From the IMG/VR virus record IMGVR_UViG_3300021387_001614, positions 32,001 through 96,000 of that record: 64,000 nt of DNA; one strand, given 5' to 3'. A program made the position numbers and the translations under genes. A model generated the notes under the pieces. It did not search any database, had not been told where the DNA came from, and saw nothing but the letters and a program-made list of their open reading frames with translations. This DNA comes from a virus. Lineage: Duplodnaviria > Caudoviricetes. Positions 28,861 through 38,891 of this stretch are shown here, one piece after another. Position 1 is the first letter of the stretch. Each line of letters begins with the position of its first letter.

Positions 28861-31800
28861 TTATGGGAACAATTTAATTTTATTTATTTTACCCGTATGG
28901 TCGTCATTATATTCGATTTGTTCAGCTCTGTCGTCATATACACCAGTATTGGCATAATAATTGAAAGAAACTGCGTTTTGAAGTCTTGCAATCGGTCCTG
29001 CAATATCGCTACCACCGATAAATATGAAGTTCATCTGAACATTTGCTATCATTGGCATAACGCCAATTCCTTCAGTATTTAAATCCCAAACCAATGGGTC
29101 ATATGTTATCGAAATACTTTCTATAATTATCTTAGTGTAGTAAAAATCACCAATTCTCAATACGCAAACAGGTTGTCTACCGAACGCAAGGTTATTCGCT
29201 GATTTAACAATCTCATCACTTGCACCCACTGTCGGTCCTTGTCTTGTACACTGATGTAAGAACGTTAATCTCGCATTAAAGCCCTCAGGACTTATTGAGT
29301 GGAATGCCGGGTCGAAATATTTTATTTTATCAGTAATTTTATGATGCATGAATGGGTCATTAACCTTTAATAACTTAAAGAATTCAGCCTCTTCATCATA
29401 TCTATGATAATCCCCAACGTCTTCAATAACTGTTGTTGTGCCCGATTCTGCCTTCATCTCAGGTTGTCCCGCCTTATCGTTGTTTTGTACCATCGTTGTT
29501 GAGCCATCGGTGTTCTTAATCGTTCTATTGCCCGTTGTTTGAGTATCATCCACTTTACTGTTTTTATCGGATTGTTCTTTATAGGTATCCTTAGCAGTAG
29601 TACCGTCTGCTTGTATATTAACGTTGCTGCTATTAGGCGGTGTTTCTTTTGTACCCTTTATTAGGTTGGTTGCACGTGCAAGGAATCCATCCTCCGTGAT
29701 GACATTATCCTCTGTCAGCGTTTGTTGTGCGGTTTTTGTATTTTCAACTTGTAAGTTTATTGTTATTTTCGCCGCTCTATAAAGTTTGGCGTTAAGGGCA
29801 CTTGCATCACCTCGTTTTCCTCCCGGACCACCTACACGACCTACGTTTGGCTCAGGCCATGAACCACATGACGACACTTTTTTACAGTTTTTAAGCCAAT
29901 TTAGAACTGTTTTTGCTCTATTTTTAATAAGTGTATTATTTCTTTCAAGGTTCACGTTCTCGTTAGGCGTATGTCCATGACTCGATGCATAGCCTACACC
30001 TTCTATACTGCCTATTTTATATTTTGACAGCATATCGTTTAAGGCTTTCACTCTTGTTGGGTCATAATACCCTGCAAGTACGTTTGCTGCGTCAGTGCCA
30101 ACCATTGCAACATAAACGTCAGTAAAACTATAAAGTGTATCTTCACTTATTCCGTAAGTTTCACAAATTTCTTTGCGATGTCCGCCACTATTAAGTTTAA
30201 AGCTCTGTCTATCAACATAATCAGCCGATTCGTCGAGTTTTTCATTTTTTCTCTTCTCATCAACTCTGTATGCCCACTTTGCATTTCTGTTCTTATCGCC
30301 AACTATTTTTCCAAGGCTTAGGCGTTTGTATGTCTTAGATGTATCATCAAGCCACCAAACATCAGTGATACTGCTGCTTTTTGTATCTGATGAACTCACA
30401 ATACTAACACCTACGCCGTCACGTACCTCATAGCCACCCACTTGTTTTGTGTGACCACTATCAGAATAAACCTTAACAAGCGGCAATATAGAATAATCAG
30501 TACCATTAGCACGCTTCATTGCACCAACACCGTTTGCCAAATACGCCATAGGGACATATGCTGATGGTCGTGCACTTCCGGGTTTTGTGCTTGTATCACT
30601 TTCACCACTATAATCATTAGGGTAGAAAACCATAAATGTGATACTCATTGTCTCGGGCTTTGGCACTGTGTCATCAAAGGCTACTTGGTTATCTTGCCTC
30701 AGTGGAATATCCTTTGCAGTTAACATGTCGCAACCCGCAAAAAACCTTAATAGTTGTTGTTCTGAACTATTTATGTCATCAACCGTAGATGACATCTCAT
30801 TATTATTACGGTTAGTCCAAAAATCAAGTATTGACGGGTGGTCTATTAATAATTTAAATGACAAGCCACCTCTTCTTGATGTATTTGTGTATGTGTAAAT
30901 ATCCTCGCCACGACCAATGAACTGCGTTGAATTCCATGAAACATTAACGCTTTCATTAAGTTGCAAACCATAAGGCGGAAACCACATTATTCTGCCACCA
31001 AACGGACCCCTTTGTTCATCGGATAATCTACCTTCACCATACATTCCTTTCCATGCAAGGTTTTCGATGGAGAACATACAGTTTTTAATGGAAATCTTAT
31101 TTTCACCATCATCAATTGGCGTTATATTAACGAGACCGTTAGGCGATGAGTGCATTGAGCCGTATTTGCTAAGGCGAGAGCCACCGCTACCTAATCCGCT
31201 ATCAGGTGTTCTAAATGATGAAAAATTGTATACATTCTCAAGGTCACCCTGTGAAACAACTTTATCGTTATCAATAAGCGGTCTAATGGCATCACTAAGT
31301 CTGTGATATTGATGATGATACGTCCATACACGACAATACGGGTTATCATATCCCTCTGACTTATCGGGAGTTACCTTTAAAAGGTTTCTACCCTTTGACA
31401 TGCCGTATTTCTTACTTATTGCGGTCTGTGTCGAGTCACCCATATCAATGTCAGTTGATTTGGTATGGAACCTCGCAACAAGTGTTTTGTATTTATCATT
31501 CCTAAAGTTATCGTTCGTCTTTTTAAGCAAGTCATTGGCTGACAATGTACTACCGCCATAACTTGTTACATAACCATAAGCAATTCCGCCATTGAAGCCG
31601 CCATTAATATCACCATTAACGCCATTTTCAGTTTCAGCATAACTCCACAACGCACCATTTATATCAATGTTTTTGTGGGCTGCTAATGTTTGAAATATGT
31701 GTCTTACTTGTGTGGAATTTAATGTTTCTGCACCGGGTGTGATTTTAAGGCTCGTTATATAATCGCTTCCTTCTATGAATTTAAATTTATTCCTCGAAAT

Positions 31801-32553
31801 ATTTTCATCAAAAAACGAACGGGTTTTTTCTGAGCCATTCCTATAAAAATCGTTGTAAGTACCAAGCGACTTAAAAGTGCCATAATTACTTTCATCAAGT
31901 GGTCCCACAATGTTTTTAAGAGGACTTAAATCTTCGAATCTACCGGTTTCTTGACTTTTCTTATCTGAGATTTCAAGGATTTTGTTTTCGAATGCCTTTG
32001 TATTCATTCCGAAATATTCCTTCATAGGTTCGGAAATCGAAAATTTCTTTGCTGCCCTATCATCATTTGCCCTTATTGCATTTGACATGGCAGTATCAAC
32101 AAGAATACTTGTGGTTTTACCCAACATCGTATCCCTATCAGAAAAATTGGGATTTGTAATAATACTGCGACCATTCGAGTTTATTGCTTCTTCAAGCCCT
32201 CTACCGCCAATAACGCCAACTGCCGTATCATCTGAATGAAGGATATAATCTATTTCGTTGTTTATATTAAGTATGCTCGTACTTGCACCATAAACACCCC
32301 TTATATAATCGAGATAATTAGAATATGAAGATTTGTCATCATCATTAATAAACCAAGGGGTTTCCATTATAGCGTTATAATATGGGTTAGACAGTGTGCC
32401 TATTGGAGTAGAATACCCGTCATACGTGAAATTTCCCGTTCCGATATTTCTATCCAAATGTTCAACCATAAACTGATAACTTTTGTTATACAGTCCTATA
32501 GGTCTCACCACAAAACTATCTAAAACATTAATAATACCGTCTAATATTCCCAT
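28861..32553 (-). CDS. Tail tube initiator/baseplate protein with an inserted OmpA-like domain
   Basis: WNSTQFIGRGEDIYTY and PVCVLRIGDFY tube-initiator-like motifs; IEGVGYAS...N..L...RAKTV...R OmpA-like pattern. Confidence 0.6.
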   Translation of the reverse strand: MGILDGIINVLDSFVVRPIGLYNKSYQFMVEHLDRNIGTGNFTYDGYSTPIGTLSNPYYNAIMETPWFINDDDKSSYSNYLDYIRGVYGASTSILNINNEIDYILHSDDTAVGVIGGRGLEEAINSNGRSIITNPNFSDRDTMLGKTTSILVDTAMSNAIRANDDRAAKKFSISEPMKEYFGMNTKAFENKILEISDKKSQETGRFEDLSPLKNIVGPLDESNYGTFKSLGTYNDFYRNGSEKTRSFFDENISRNKFKFIEGSDYITSLKITPGAETLNSTQVRHIFQTLAAHKNIDINGALWSYAETENGVNGDINGGFNGGIAYGYVTSYGGSTLSANDLLKKTNDNFRNDKYKTLVARFHTKSTDIDMGDSTQTAISKKYGMSKGRNLLKVTPDKSEGYDNPYCRVWTYHHQYHRLSDAIRPLIDNDKVVSQGDLENVYNFSSFRTPDSGLGSGGSRLSKYGSMHSSPNGLVNITPIDDGENKISIKNCMFSIENLAWKGMYGEGRLSDEQRGPFGGRIMWFPPYGLQLNESVNVSWNSTQFIGRGEDIYTYTNTSRRGGLSFKLLIDHPSILDFWTNRNNNEMSSTVDDINSSEQQLLRFFAGCDMLTAKDIPLRQDNQVAFDDTVPKPETMSITFMVFYPNDYSGESDTSTKPGSARPSAYVPMAYLANGVGAMKRANGTDYSILPLVKVYSDSGHTKQVGGYEVRDGVGVSIVSSSDTKSSSITDVWWLDDTSKTYKRLSLGKIVGDKNRNAKWAYRVDEKRKNEKLDESADYVDRQSFKLNSGGHRKEICETYGISEDTLYSFTDVYVAMVGTDAANVLAGYYDPTRVKALNDMLSKYKIGSIEGVGYASSHGHTPNENVNLERNNTLIKNRAKTVLNWLKNCKKVSSCGSWPEPNVGRVGGPGGKRGDASALNAKLYRAAKITINLQVENTKTAQQTLTEDNVITEDGFLARATNLIKGTKETPPNSSNVNIQADGTTAKDTYKEQSDKNSKVDDTQTTGNRTIKNTDGSTTMVQNNDKAGQPEMKAESGTTTVIEDVGDYHRYDEEAEFFKLLKVNDPFMHHKITDKIKYFDPAFHSISPEGFNARLTFLHQCTRQGPTVGASDEIVKSANNLAFGRQPVCVLRIGDFYYTKIIIESISITYDPLVWDLNTEGIGVMPMIANVQMNFIFIGGSDIAGPIARLQNAVSFNYYANTGVYDDRAEQIEYNDDHTGKINKIKLFP

Positions 32554-32570
32554 TTTATTTCTCTTTATCT

Positions 32571-35500
32571 TTAAATACCAACATACATTTTTGTTGTATT
32601 GATGTTATTGCTTTCTTTGTTAAATTTGGCTGCATTACCACCCTCATTTAACTTTGTCTTAATTATTTCTGTTATTTGACGTTTAAAGTCTTCGTTTCTT
32701 AATAATTGTCCAAGGTCAATATTGCCAACGTTGCCGTTTGCCTCAAGTCGTATTGTTCCATTAACATTAAGATTAATGTCAGTCGGACCAATATTGAAAT
32801 TAGGCTGATATGTACTGTTTTCTCTAAATGGCAGAACACTCATTGTTTTACCTAATGACTCAATAGGTGTTAATGCCGCTTGTTTAAGTGCTACAAACAT
32901 GGCTTTTTGTTCTTGCGAATTTAATACCATTTCGCCACTATTTAATAACGCCGGTACTTTATCACCCTCGTATGAATGACCCGGTACTATCATACCGCGT
33001 GCGGCTTTCGCTATACCGCCCCTTGAGAACCAATTTAATGGATTAAATATCGAACCCTTTTCATTTTCGAATACGCCATATTCTTCTCCATTTTCCTTAA
33101 GACCCTTATCTGTGTTAAATTTACTTATGAGTAAGTCATGGATACCTATGGTTGCATAAGCAGCCTTTTCCATTATTGCCGGGTCATTAATATCTGTAAC
33201 ACCAAGTTTTTGTGTCTCGAACTGATGTTGCATTTCAAGGTGTTTCTCTTCTTCCTCAGTTTTACTTTTACCGAAGAGATAATCAGTTCCCTTGTCCCAA
33301 GCCGCCGTTGCGAGGTTAACAATATCTTCACCAAATTGGTCTATAATTCCATATACACCGCCAATATAGCCACCTACGGCAGCACCGGCTGCATTACCAA
33401 GTAAAGGTATCGCTGAACCTATCATTGCACCAATACCTGCACCCGTTGCGGCATCAGAGCCAACATTAAGCAGTTTATCAGTAATACCGCCTTCATCCCA
33501 CGCACCTGTCATTTGGCCACCCATGTTAACGAGGTCTGTTGCCAACCCTGCCAATGCCCATGGGTTTGCTGCTTTAGCGATTGTTCCGGCTTTAAGTACT
33601 GCACCTGCTGTGCCTTTAGCACCCATTTTAGCGGCAAGTTTTGCCGTGGGGTTCGCTGCCATTGATGTTATCGCTGCTGTTGTAGACACAGCGTCGGCTG
33701 TATTTTTAACAACACTAACGGGTGTGTCTTCTAAGAAACCTTGTGTTCCTTCTTTCTTTTTCTTGCTAGATTTGTCAATCGAAGAAAGTTTTAATGCGGC
33801 CTCCGAAGATATTCCTGCAAGTTTCTCAAGTAACGCTGTCTGTTTTTCTAACTCACTGCACGTATCACATGTAGCGCTCTGTGTTTGCGGAGTTGCCGGT
33901 TGAACTGCTGTATTTTCGTTATCGTCATCCCCACCACCAAAAACTTTATAAGCACCGTATCCAAGCGCTAAAGCACCACCTGCGATTAATGCACCTTTAC
34001 CACCCTTTTTAATTAACCCTTTAGCTTTAGATAATTTTCTTAACCGCCCAATGTTTTTTCCTTTAAGTGGTGTAGCATTATTTGTTGCGGTGGCACCGCC
34101 CCTTGCTTGTGATTGTGTTGATGGTGACGTTTTTACCTTTCCATTTCCAAGTACTCTTCCCCCCGTAAACTTGCCCCAAACATTGCCAATTGCATTAGGT
34201 ATGCCTACTGATAACGCATTTCTCAGTACACCACTAACAACACTCCCTAATGTAAGCGTCAAAATTGATAAAAAGCCATTAGTCAATAAACCCGCTGCGA
34301 GAACCGACAAGAAGCCATTGTTAAAGGAGTTAGAAAAAAACTGCATTGGGTTTGCAACCACGTCCCTTGCACCGCTTGCATAAAGACCCTCCTTGAAATT
34401 AGTAATATTTTCTTTGGTGCTTTGTGTTTCCTTAGCGGCTGTCTCGAAACTACGTGTTATGCCTAACATCGTATCAAGGTCTTTACGTATCAAAGAAATG
34501 TCTTTATAGGCATTTTCCTCTGATGGCGTTAGGCGTTGTATTTCTTCTAACTGTTTAGGGGTAAGACTGTCAACATATACTTTAGTAACCTCGTTAGTGT
34601 CTGTATTGACGTAGTTAACGTAGTGCTTCTTTTTCTCTGTGTCGTAGTTGTCACCCGCAAGGTTTGCAATTGCAGATTTTTGTTGCTCCGTAAACCCTGC
34701 TGCCCTGTCTATCTCACTCTTAACAACGTTTGATTTAACACGATTTTCAAGGAGACTTATATACTCAGCAGGATTCATGCCAAGATACTGTGCAGCAGCC
34801 TTTAATCGCATCATCTCCTGCGGACCATTTGGTGTTACCATGCCCGTTGCACGGTTATATGCCACACTCGATAATCCCGCCTTAATCGCACGTTCCATTG
34901 CTGCTTCAGGGTCGGCTATACCTTCATACATAGCACCCATTGGGTTGCTATACATTGCAGTGAATGAGCCACCAAGCATTTGGAGATTTGCACTATTCTT
35001 TATGGCATCCTCAATATTACTGAAAGAATCTGCAATTTTAACGACGTTTTCAATTGATGATTTTAACTCTTGTGCCTTTAATGCCATTCTCGTTAAACCA
35101 TCAACACCGTTTCTAAATGTATATTGATTTAATAAACCTAAATTCTTTGCTATTGCTGATGTGGCTTTTTCTACGTCAAGACCCATTCCTTTGGCTCTTG
35201 CCCTTGAAATAGCCATCATATCCCTTGATGTCTCAATGGATGCGCCAAATTTATTAAAACTTGCAGTCCATTCTTTAGCAATATCATCGCTTGTAAGGTC
35301 ACCCATCGTGCCCATCATAGCGATTTGCTCTTTATTAAGGGCAATACTTCGTCCTGTTACATTAACAATGTCCTTTTGGAATCTTATTGCTCTTTCGCTT
35401 GTAATACCAAGGGTTTTACCAAATTCTCTAACACTTTCAAGTTGGACTTTGGTTAAGGTCTGTGCCTGCTCACGGTTCAGTCCCATTGCGCGGGAAGCCT

Positions 35501-36218
35501 TAAATGTGGCGTCCTCGACCTTTAAATAATAACTAACAGAACCTGCAACCGCATTTTTTATGCCATCCCATGCACTTTTTAAAAGGCTTGATGCAAAATT
35601 TGCCTTGTTTATGTTTTTCGTTAAAGTGCCTGTATGAGATGCCGCTTCATCTACGCTCTTACCTAATTCCTTAAAATTGTCGTCAGTTTTTTCAACTTCT
35701 TTATTCCAAGTTCTCAATTCGGACATGTGCTCCCTCAGCATACGGTTTTCTGCTTCCATATCACTGATGAGGTCACCTTCTTTCTTCAGGAGTTCTTTTT
35801 GGTAATCCTTTTGTTCTTGGTAAAACTTTCTTTGTTTATCTATGTCCGTACCCGTTTTGCCGCTAATTCTGTCTATTTTACCTTGCAACATGTTAATTTC
35901 ATTCTGCCTTTTCATCATCATGTCAAGGGTTTGACAGTATTTTTCGGCTTCCTCACGAGAAATGCCAATGGATTCAAAGTTGTCCTTAAAAATTTGGTTT
36001 AACTCAGCCTTTCTCGCTATTAATTTATCATATTCCTGAATGAAACCCCTTAATTCTTTGCGTAATGCACCACTATACCTGGCAGCCTCAGCCCATTCGC
36101 CTCTATTTCTTTCTAACTGTTTCTTTATTTCGGCAATAAGCTTAATACCACTAAGGTCCTCATCACGCATGCGCTTAAGTTCGTCCTTTAATAAATCCCT
36201 TAATTCTTTATCATCCAT
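32571..36218 (-). CDS. Tape measure protein (1215 aa)
   Basis: Helical/coiled-coil, Ala/Gly-rich hydrophobic segments, C-terminal GDKVPALLNSGEMV motif; upstream of baseplate genes. Confidence 0.8.
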   Translation of the reverse strand: MDDKELRDLLKDELKRMRDEDLSGIKLIAEIKKQLERNRGEWAEAARYSGALRKELRGFIQEYDKLIARKAELNQIFKDNFESIGISREEAEKYCQTLDMMMKRQNEINMLQGKIDRISGKTGTDIDKQRKFYQEQKDYQKELLKKEGDLISDMEAENRMLREHMSELRTWNKEVEKTDDNFKELGKSVDEAASHTGTLTKNINKANFASSLLKSAWDGIKNAVAGSVSYYLKVEDATFKASRAMGLNREQAQTLTKVQLESVREFGKTLGITSERAIRFQKDIVNVTGRSIALNKEQIAMMGTMGDLTSDDIAKEWTASFNKFGASIETSRDMMAISRARAKGMGLDVEKATSAIAKNLGLLNQYTFRNGVDGLTRMALKAQELKSSIENVVKIADSFSNIEDAIKNSANLQMLGGSFTAMYSNPMGAMYEGIADPEAAMERAIKAGLSSVAYNRATGMVTPNGPQEMMRLKAAAQYLGMNPAEYISLLENRVKSNVVKSEIDRAAGFTEQQKSAIANLAGDNYDTEKKKHYVNYVNTDTNEVTKVYVDSLTPKQLEEIQRLTPSEENAYKDISLIRKDLDTMLGITRSFETAAKETQSTKENITNFKEGLYASGARDVVANPMQFFSNSFNNGFLSVLAAGLLTNGFLSILTLTLGSVVSGVLRNALSVGIPNAIGNVWGKFTGGRVLGNGKVKTSPSTQSQARGGATATNNATPLKGKNIGRLRKLSKAKGLIKKGGKGALIAGGALALGYGAYKVFGGGDDDNENTAVQPATPQTQSATCDTCSELEKQTALLEKLAGISSEAALKLSSIDKSSKKKKEGTQGFLEDTPVSVVKNTADAVSTTAAITSMAANPTAKLAAKMGAKGTAGAVLKAGTIAKAANPWALAGLATDLVNMGGQMTGAWDEGGITDKLLNVGSDAATGAGIGAMIGSAIPLLGNAAGAAVGGYIGGVYGIIDQFGEDIVNLATAAWDKGTDYLFGKSKTEEEEKHLEMQHQFETQKLGVTDINDPAIMEKAAYATIGIHDLLISKFNTDKGLKENGEEYGVFENEKGSIFNPLNWFSRGGIAKAARGMIVPGHSYEGDKVPALLNSGEMVLNSQEQKAMFVALKQAALTPIESLGKTMSVLPFRENSTYQPNFNIGPTDINLNVNGTIRLEANGNVGNIDLGQLLRNEDFKRQITEIIKTKLNEGGNAAKFNKESNNINTTKMYVGI

Positions 36219-36381
36219 GTTTCACTCTATAATATATGATAATATCTTCTATAAAATACTTTTCTTATAAATATCGGAAACAGTAAATCTATACTGTTAA
36301 GTTTTTTTAACTAAAAAAATTTGGTGTATTTCATTTTTTTATGTACCTTTGCCACTGTAAGAAAAAAAAAAAGAAAGAATT

Positions 36382-36666
36382 ATGAAAATATTTAGAAAAA
36401 TTAATGACGAGGAGTGGGTTGAGTACGAGGAGGTTGATTGGTCAAACTTAACCTTTAAAGATTTCGTAGGTTTTATGATAATGGTGATTGTATTTGCATT
36501 TGTCTGTGTTTCAATCTTTTGTGGCATATGCTACTTCATAACATACTACAAAATCGCAATCCCTATCACCATTGGACTTATTTTCTTGTGGTACGGCGGA
36601 CTTGGTAAATACATTAAAAAGGGTCTCTATTGGCTTGGGGACAAATTTTTTGAAATATTCGAATAG
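36382..36666 (+). CDS. Small membrane protein (2 predicted TM helices), moron-like
   Basis: Two hydrophobic segments; own host-type promoter at 36320-36351 and a downstream hairpin. Confidence 0.6.
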   Translation: MKIFRKINDEEWVEYEEVDWSNLTFKDFVGFMIMVIVFAFVCVSIFCGICYFITYYKIAIPITIGLIFLWYGGLGKYIKKGLYWLGDKFFEIFE

Positions 36667-36686
36667 TGAAAAGTTTTGGTAAAAGA

Positions 36687-36719
36687 AAAGGGATAATCGT
36701 TGTTTGAGATTATCCCTTT
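36687..36719. terminator. Bidirectional terminator
   Basis: aaagggataatc...gattatcccttt stem between convergent genes. Confidence 0.7.
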
Positions 36720-36741
36720 ATTTTTATTGTTTTATTCAGAA

Positions 36742-38310
36742 TTATGCGGATGCTGTCTGAACAGTCCAACCACTTGGAACTGCATAACTGCCAACATAGG
36801 TCCATTGTGCTGCATTGTTCTTGACAAATGTACCTGATGATGCAACATTCAGTACCCAATTACTTGTATAACTTGAAGCCGGATATGTTGTGAACATTGC
36901 CTTGATGTAGTTAAGACTTGTACACCCTTGGAACATAGAAGCATAACATTTACTTACCAATGTAGTAGCAGGTAACACAGGTGCTGTTGTAAGACTTGTA
37001 CAATTTTGGAACATACCACTATAACAATAATTTGTCAATGTAGTAGCAGGTAACTCAGGTGCATTTACAAGGCTTGTACAACCATAGAACATATTTTGAT
37101 AACAATTTTGTACCAACGTTGTAGCAGGTAATACAGGCGCATTTACAAGACTTGTACAACCTCGGAACATGGCATTGTAACAACTACTTACCAATGTTGT
37201 GGCAGGTAATTCGGGTGCTGTCACAAGGCTTGTACAATTAAAGAACATTCCTCTATAACAATTTTCTGCCAATGTGGTAGCAGATAACTCAGGTGCTGTT
37301 ACAAGACTTGTACAACCATCGAACATATATTGATAACAACTACTTGCCAATGTAGTTGCAGGTAACTCAGGTGCTGATGTTAGATTTGTACAACCTTGGA
37401 ACATATAAGCATAACAACTTTCAGCCAATGTTGTTACAGGTAACTCAGGTGCGGTTGTAAGACTTGTACAACCATTGAACATTTTTTCATAACAATTCTT
37501 TGCCAATGTTGTTGCAGGTAACTCAGGTGCCGTTACAAGACTTGTACAACCATTGAACATATAAGCATAACAACTTTCAGCCAATGTTGTTACAGGTAAC
37601 TCAGGTGCTGTTGTTAGTGCTGTACAACCATAGAACATATAACCATAACAACTACTTACCAATGCAGTTGCAGGTAACACAGGTGCTGTTGTCAGTCTTG
37701 TACAACCTTGGAACATAGTATCATAACAATAAATTGCCAATGTTGTTGCAGGTAACTCAGGTGCGGTTGTAAGACTTGTACAACTATTGAACATACCACT
37801 ATAACAACTACTTGCCAAGGTTGTTGCAGGTAAAGAAAGATTTTCAGCATTTACTACCTTTGCATTTCCACTGAACAATCTATAAAAAGCATAACTTTTT
37901 CCTGTAAGGTCTGTTTGTCCCTTAAAGTTATCCCCATATAATAATGACATTGCATTTCCTTGTACGTCAAACTCTGCTGTTGAACTAAATCTGCCAACGC
38001 CATTTGAAGTCGGTGTTATTTCACCTTTCCACATTATCTTGTTCCCTGCCGTTACGGTTGGACTTGCGGTTGCAGCAGCCAATTCTGTCCATGTTTCACC
38101 ATTATCCAACGAATAACTTACAGCATTAGTGCTTAATTGGAATGTACCGTCTTCCCTTGCCACAAATGTTAGGTATTCTTCTGCCCATGTCCAAGGGTTA
38201 TAATGCATGTCATCTTCTTGTACACAATGTGATACATTCGGAAGAATCATTCCACTCTCAGCATATTCTTCATATTCTTCGTGTGTTTCAAATAGTTTTA
38301 CGTATTTCAT
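36742..38310 (-). CDS. BspA-like LRR protein with 12 x 26-aa repeats (LRR-3), paralog of LRR-1; start 38310 (MKYVKLF)
   Basis: Same N-module (PNVSHCVQEDD.HYNP), middle domain, repeats and C-cap (..WTVQTASA) as 12405; late motif at 38324. Confidence 0.85.
   Translation of the reverse strand: MKYVKLFETHEEYEEYAESGMILPNVSHCVQEDDMHYNPWTWAEEYLTFVAREDGTFQLSTNAVSYSLDNGETWTELAAATASPTVTAGNKIMWKGEITPTSNGVGRFSSTAEFDVQGNAMSLLYGDNFKGQTDLTGKSYAFYRLFSGNAKVVNAENLSLPATTLASSCYSGMFNSCTSLTTAPELPATTLAIYCYDTMFQGCTRLTTAPVLPATALVSSCYGYMFYGCTALTTAPELPVTTLAESCYAYMFNGCTSLVTAPELPATTLAKNCYEKMFNGCTSLTTAPELPVTTLAESCYAYMFQGCTNLTSAPELPATTLASSCYQYMFDGCTSLVTAPELSATTLAENCYRGMFFNCTSLVTAPELPATTLVSSCYNAMFRGCTSLVNAPVLPATTLVQNCYQNMFYGCTSLVNAPELPATTLTNYCYSGMFQNCTSLTTAPVLPATTLVSKCYASMFQGCTSLNYIKAMFTTYPASSYTSNWVLNVASSGTFVKNNAAQWTYVGSYAVPSGWTVQTASA
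36912..37833 (-). repeat. Intragenic 78-bp tandem repeat (12 units)
   Basis: caggtaactcaggtgc...gacttgtacaacc...gaacat...ataaca recurs every 78 bp. Confidence 0.9.
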
Positions 38311-38402
38311 GTTTTTTTTTTCTAATAAATATCGGGAATTCACAATGGTCACATATTTCCTATTGTTTTTTTCGCATTTTTTTTTATTTTTTAAAAAAAG
38401 AC

Positions 38403-38891
38403 TTGAGACAGCCGAAGAAGAAAACAAAAGGAAAAAATACCCCGCAAAAAAAGATAAAAATATATGATGCAAGGGGTAAAGTAGTTCGAGACCACCCCAA
38501 ATTTGGTACATCCAAACTCGAAAAAGACTTTGCGAGGGATTTTCTTGATAAACTCGGCGTTAAATATAAATGGCAGTTTGAGGCAAAGGATATAGGTAGG
38601 TTCTATGATTTTTTTATCGAACCAAGCGGTCCAATAATCGAGGTTGATGGTGGTTATTGGCATTCTGACCCACGTGTTATTAAGGAAAATGAACTAACAC
38701 CCACTCAAAAAAAGAATAAAAGGGTTGATAAAATTAAAGACGAATGGGCGTTATTACATGGCATACCCATTTATAGGATATGGGAACTTGACATTAGACA
38801 AAGCCCGCAAAAAGTCATGGAAGAACTAAGAGAAATACTAAATAAACCGGTGGAAAAACCAAAAAGAAGAAGAAAATTATTAAAATCATGA
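38403..38891 (+). CDS. Vsr/DUF559-like PD-(D/E)xK endonuclease (likely TTG start 38403)
   Basis: TSKLE...FYDFF...IIEVDGGYWH...D..K...GIPIYRIWE. Confidence 0.75.
   Translation: MRQPKKKTKGKNTPQKKIKIYDARGKVVRDHPKFGTSKLEKDFARDFLDKLGVKYKWQFEAKDIGRFYDFFIEPSGPIIEVDGGYWHSDPRVIKENELTPTQKKNKRVDKIKDEWALLHGIPIYRIWELDIRQSPQKVMEELREILNKPVEKPKRRRKLLKS

Noticed and set aside
12405-38310. Diversity-generating retroelement acting on the LRR genes
   Set aside because: No reverse transcriptase in the window and no template/variable repeat pair differing only at adenines was seen. It cannot be excluded elsewhere in the genome.
38330-38345. tatcgggaat upstream of LRR-3 as an IS-A left end
   Set aside because: Only gggaa matches the IR, the rest diverges, and no partner end lies downstream of LRR-3.
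38142-38511. ORF-track starts at 38142(+) and 38511(-), and likewise 15181, 21738, 42913, 43164 and 63908
   Set aside because: They extend through intergenic or overlapping sequence, or truncate a gene that starts outside the window. Paralog alignment and promoter positions support the starts given in the features.
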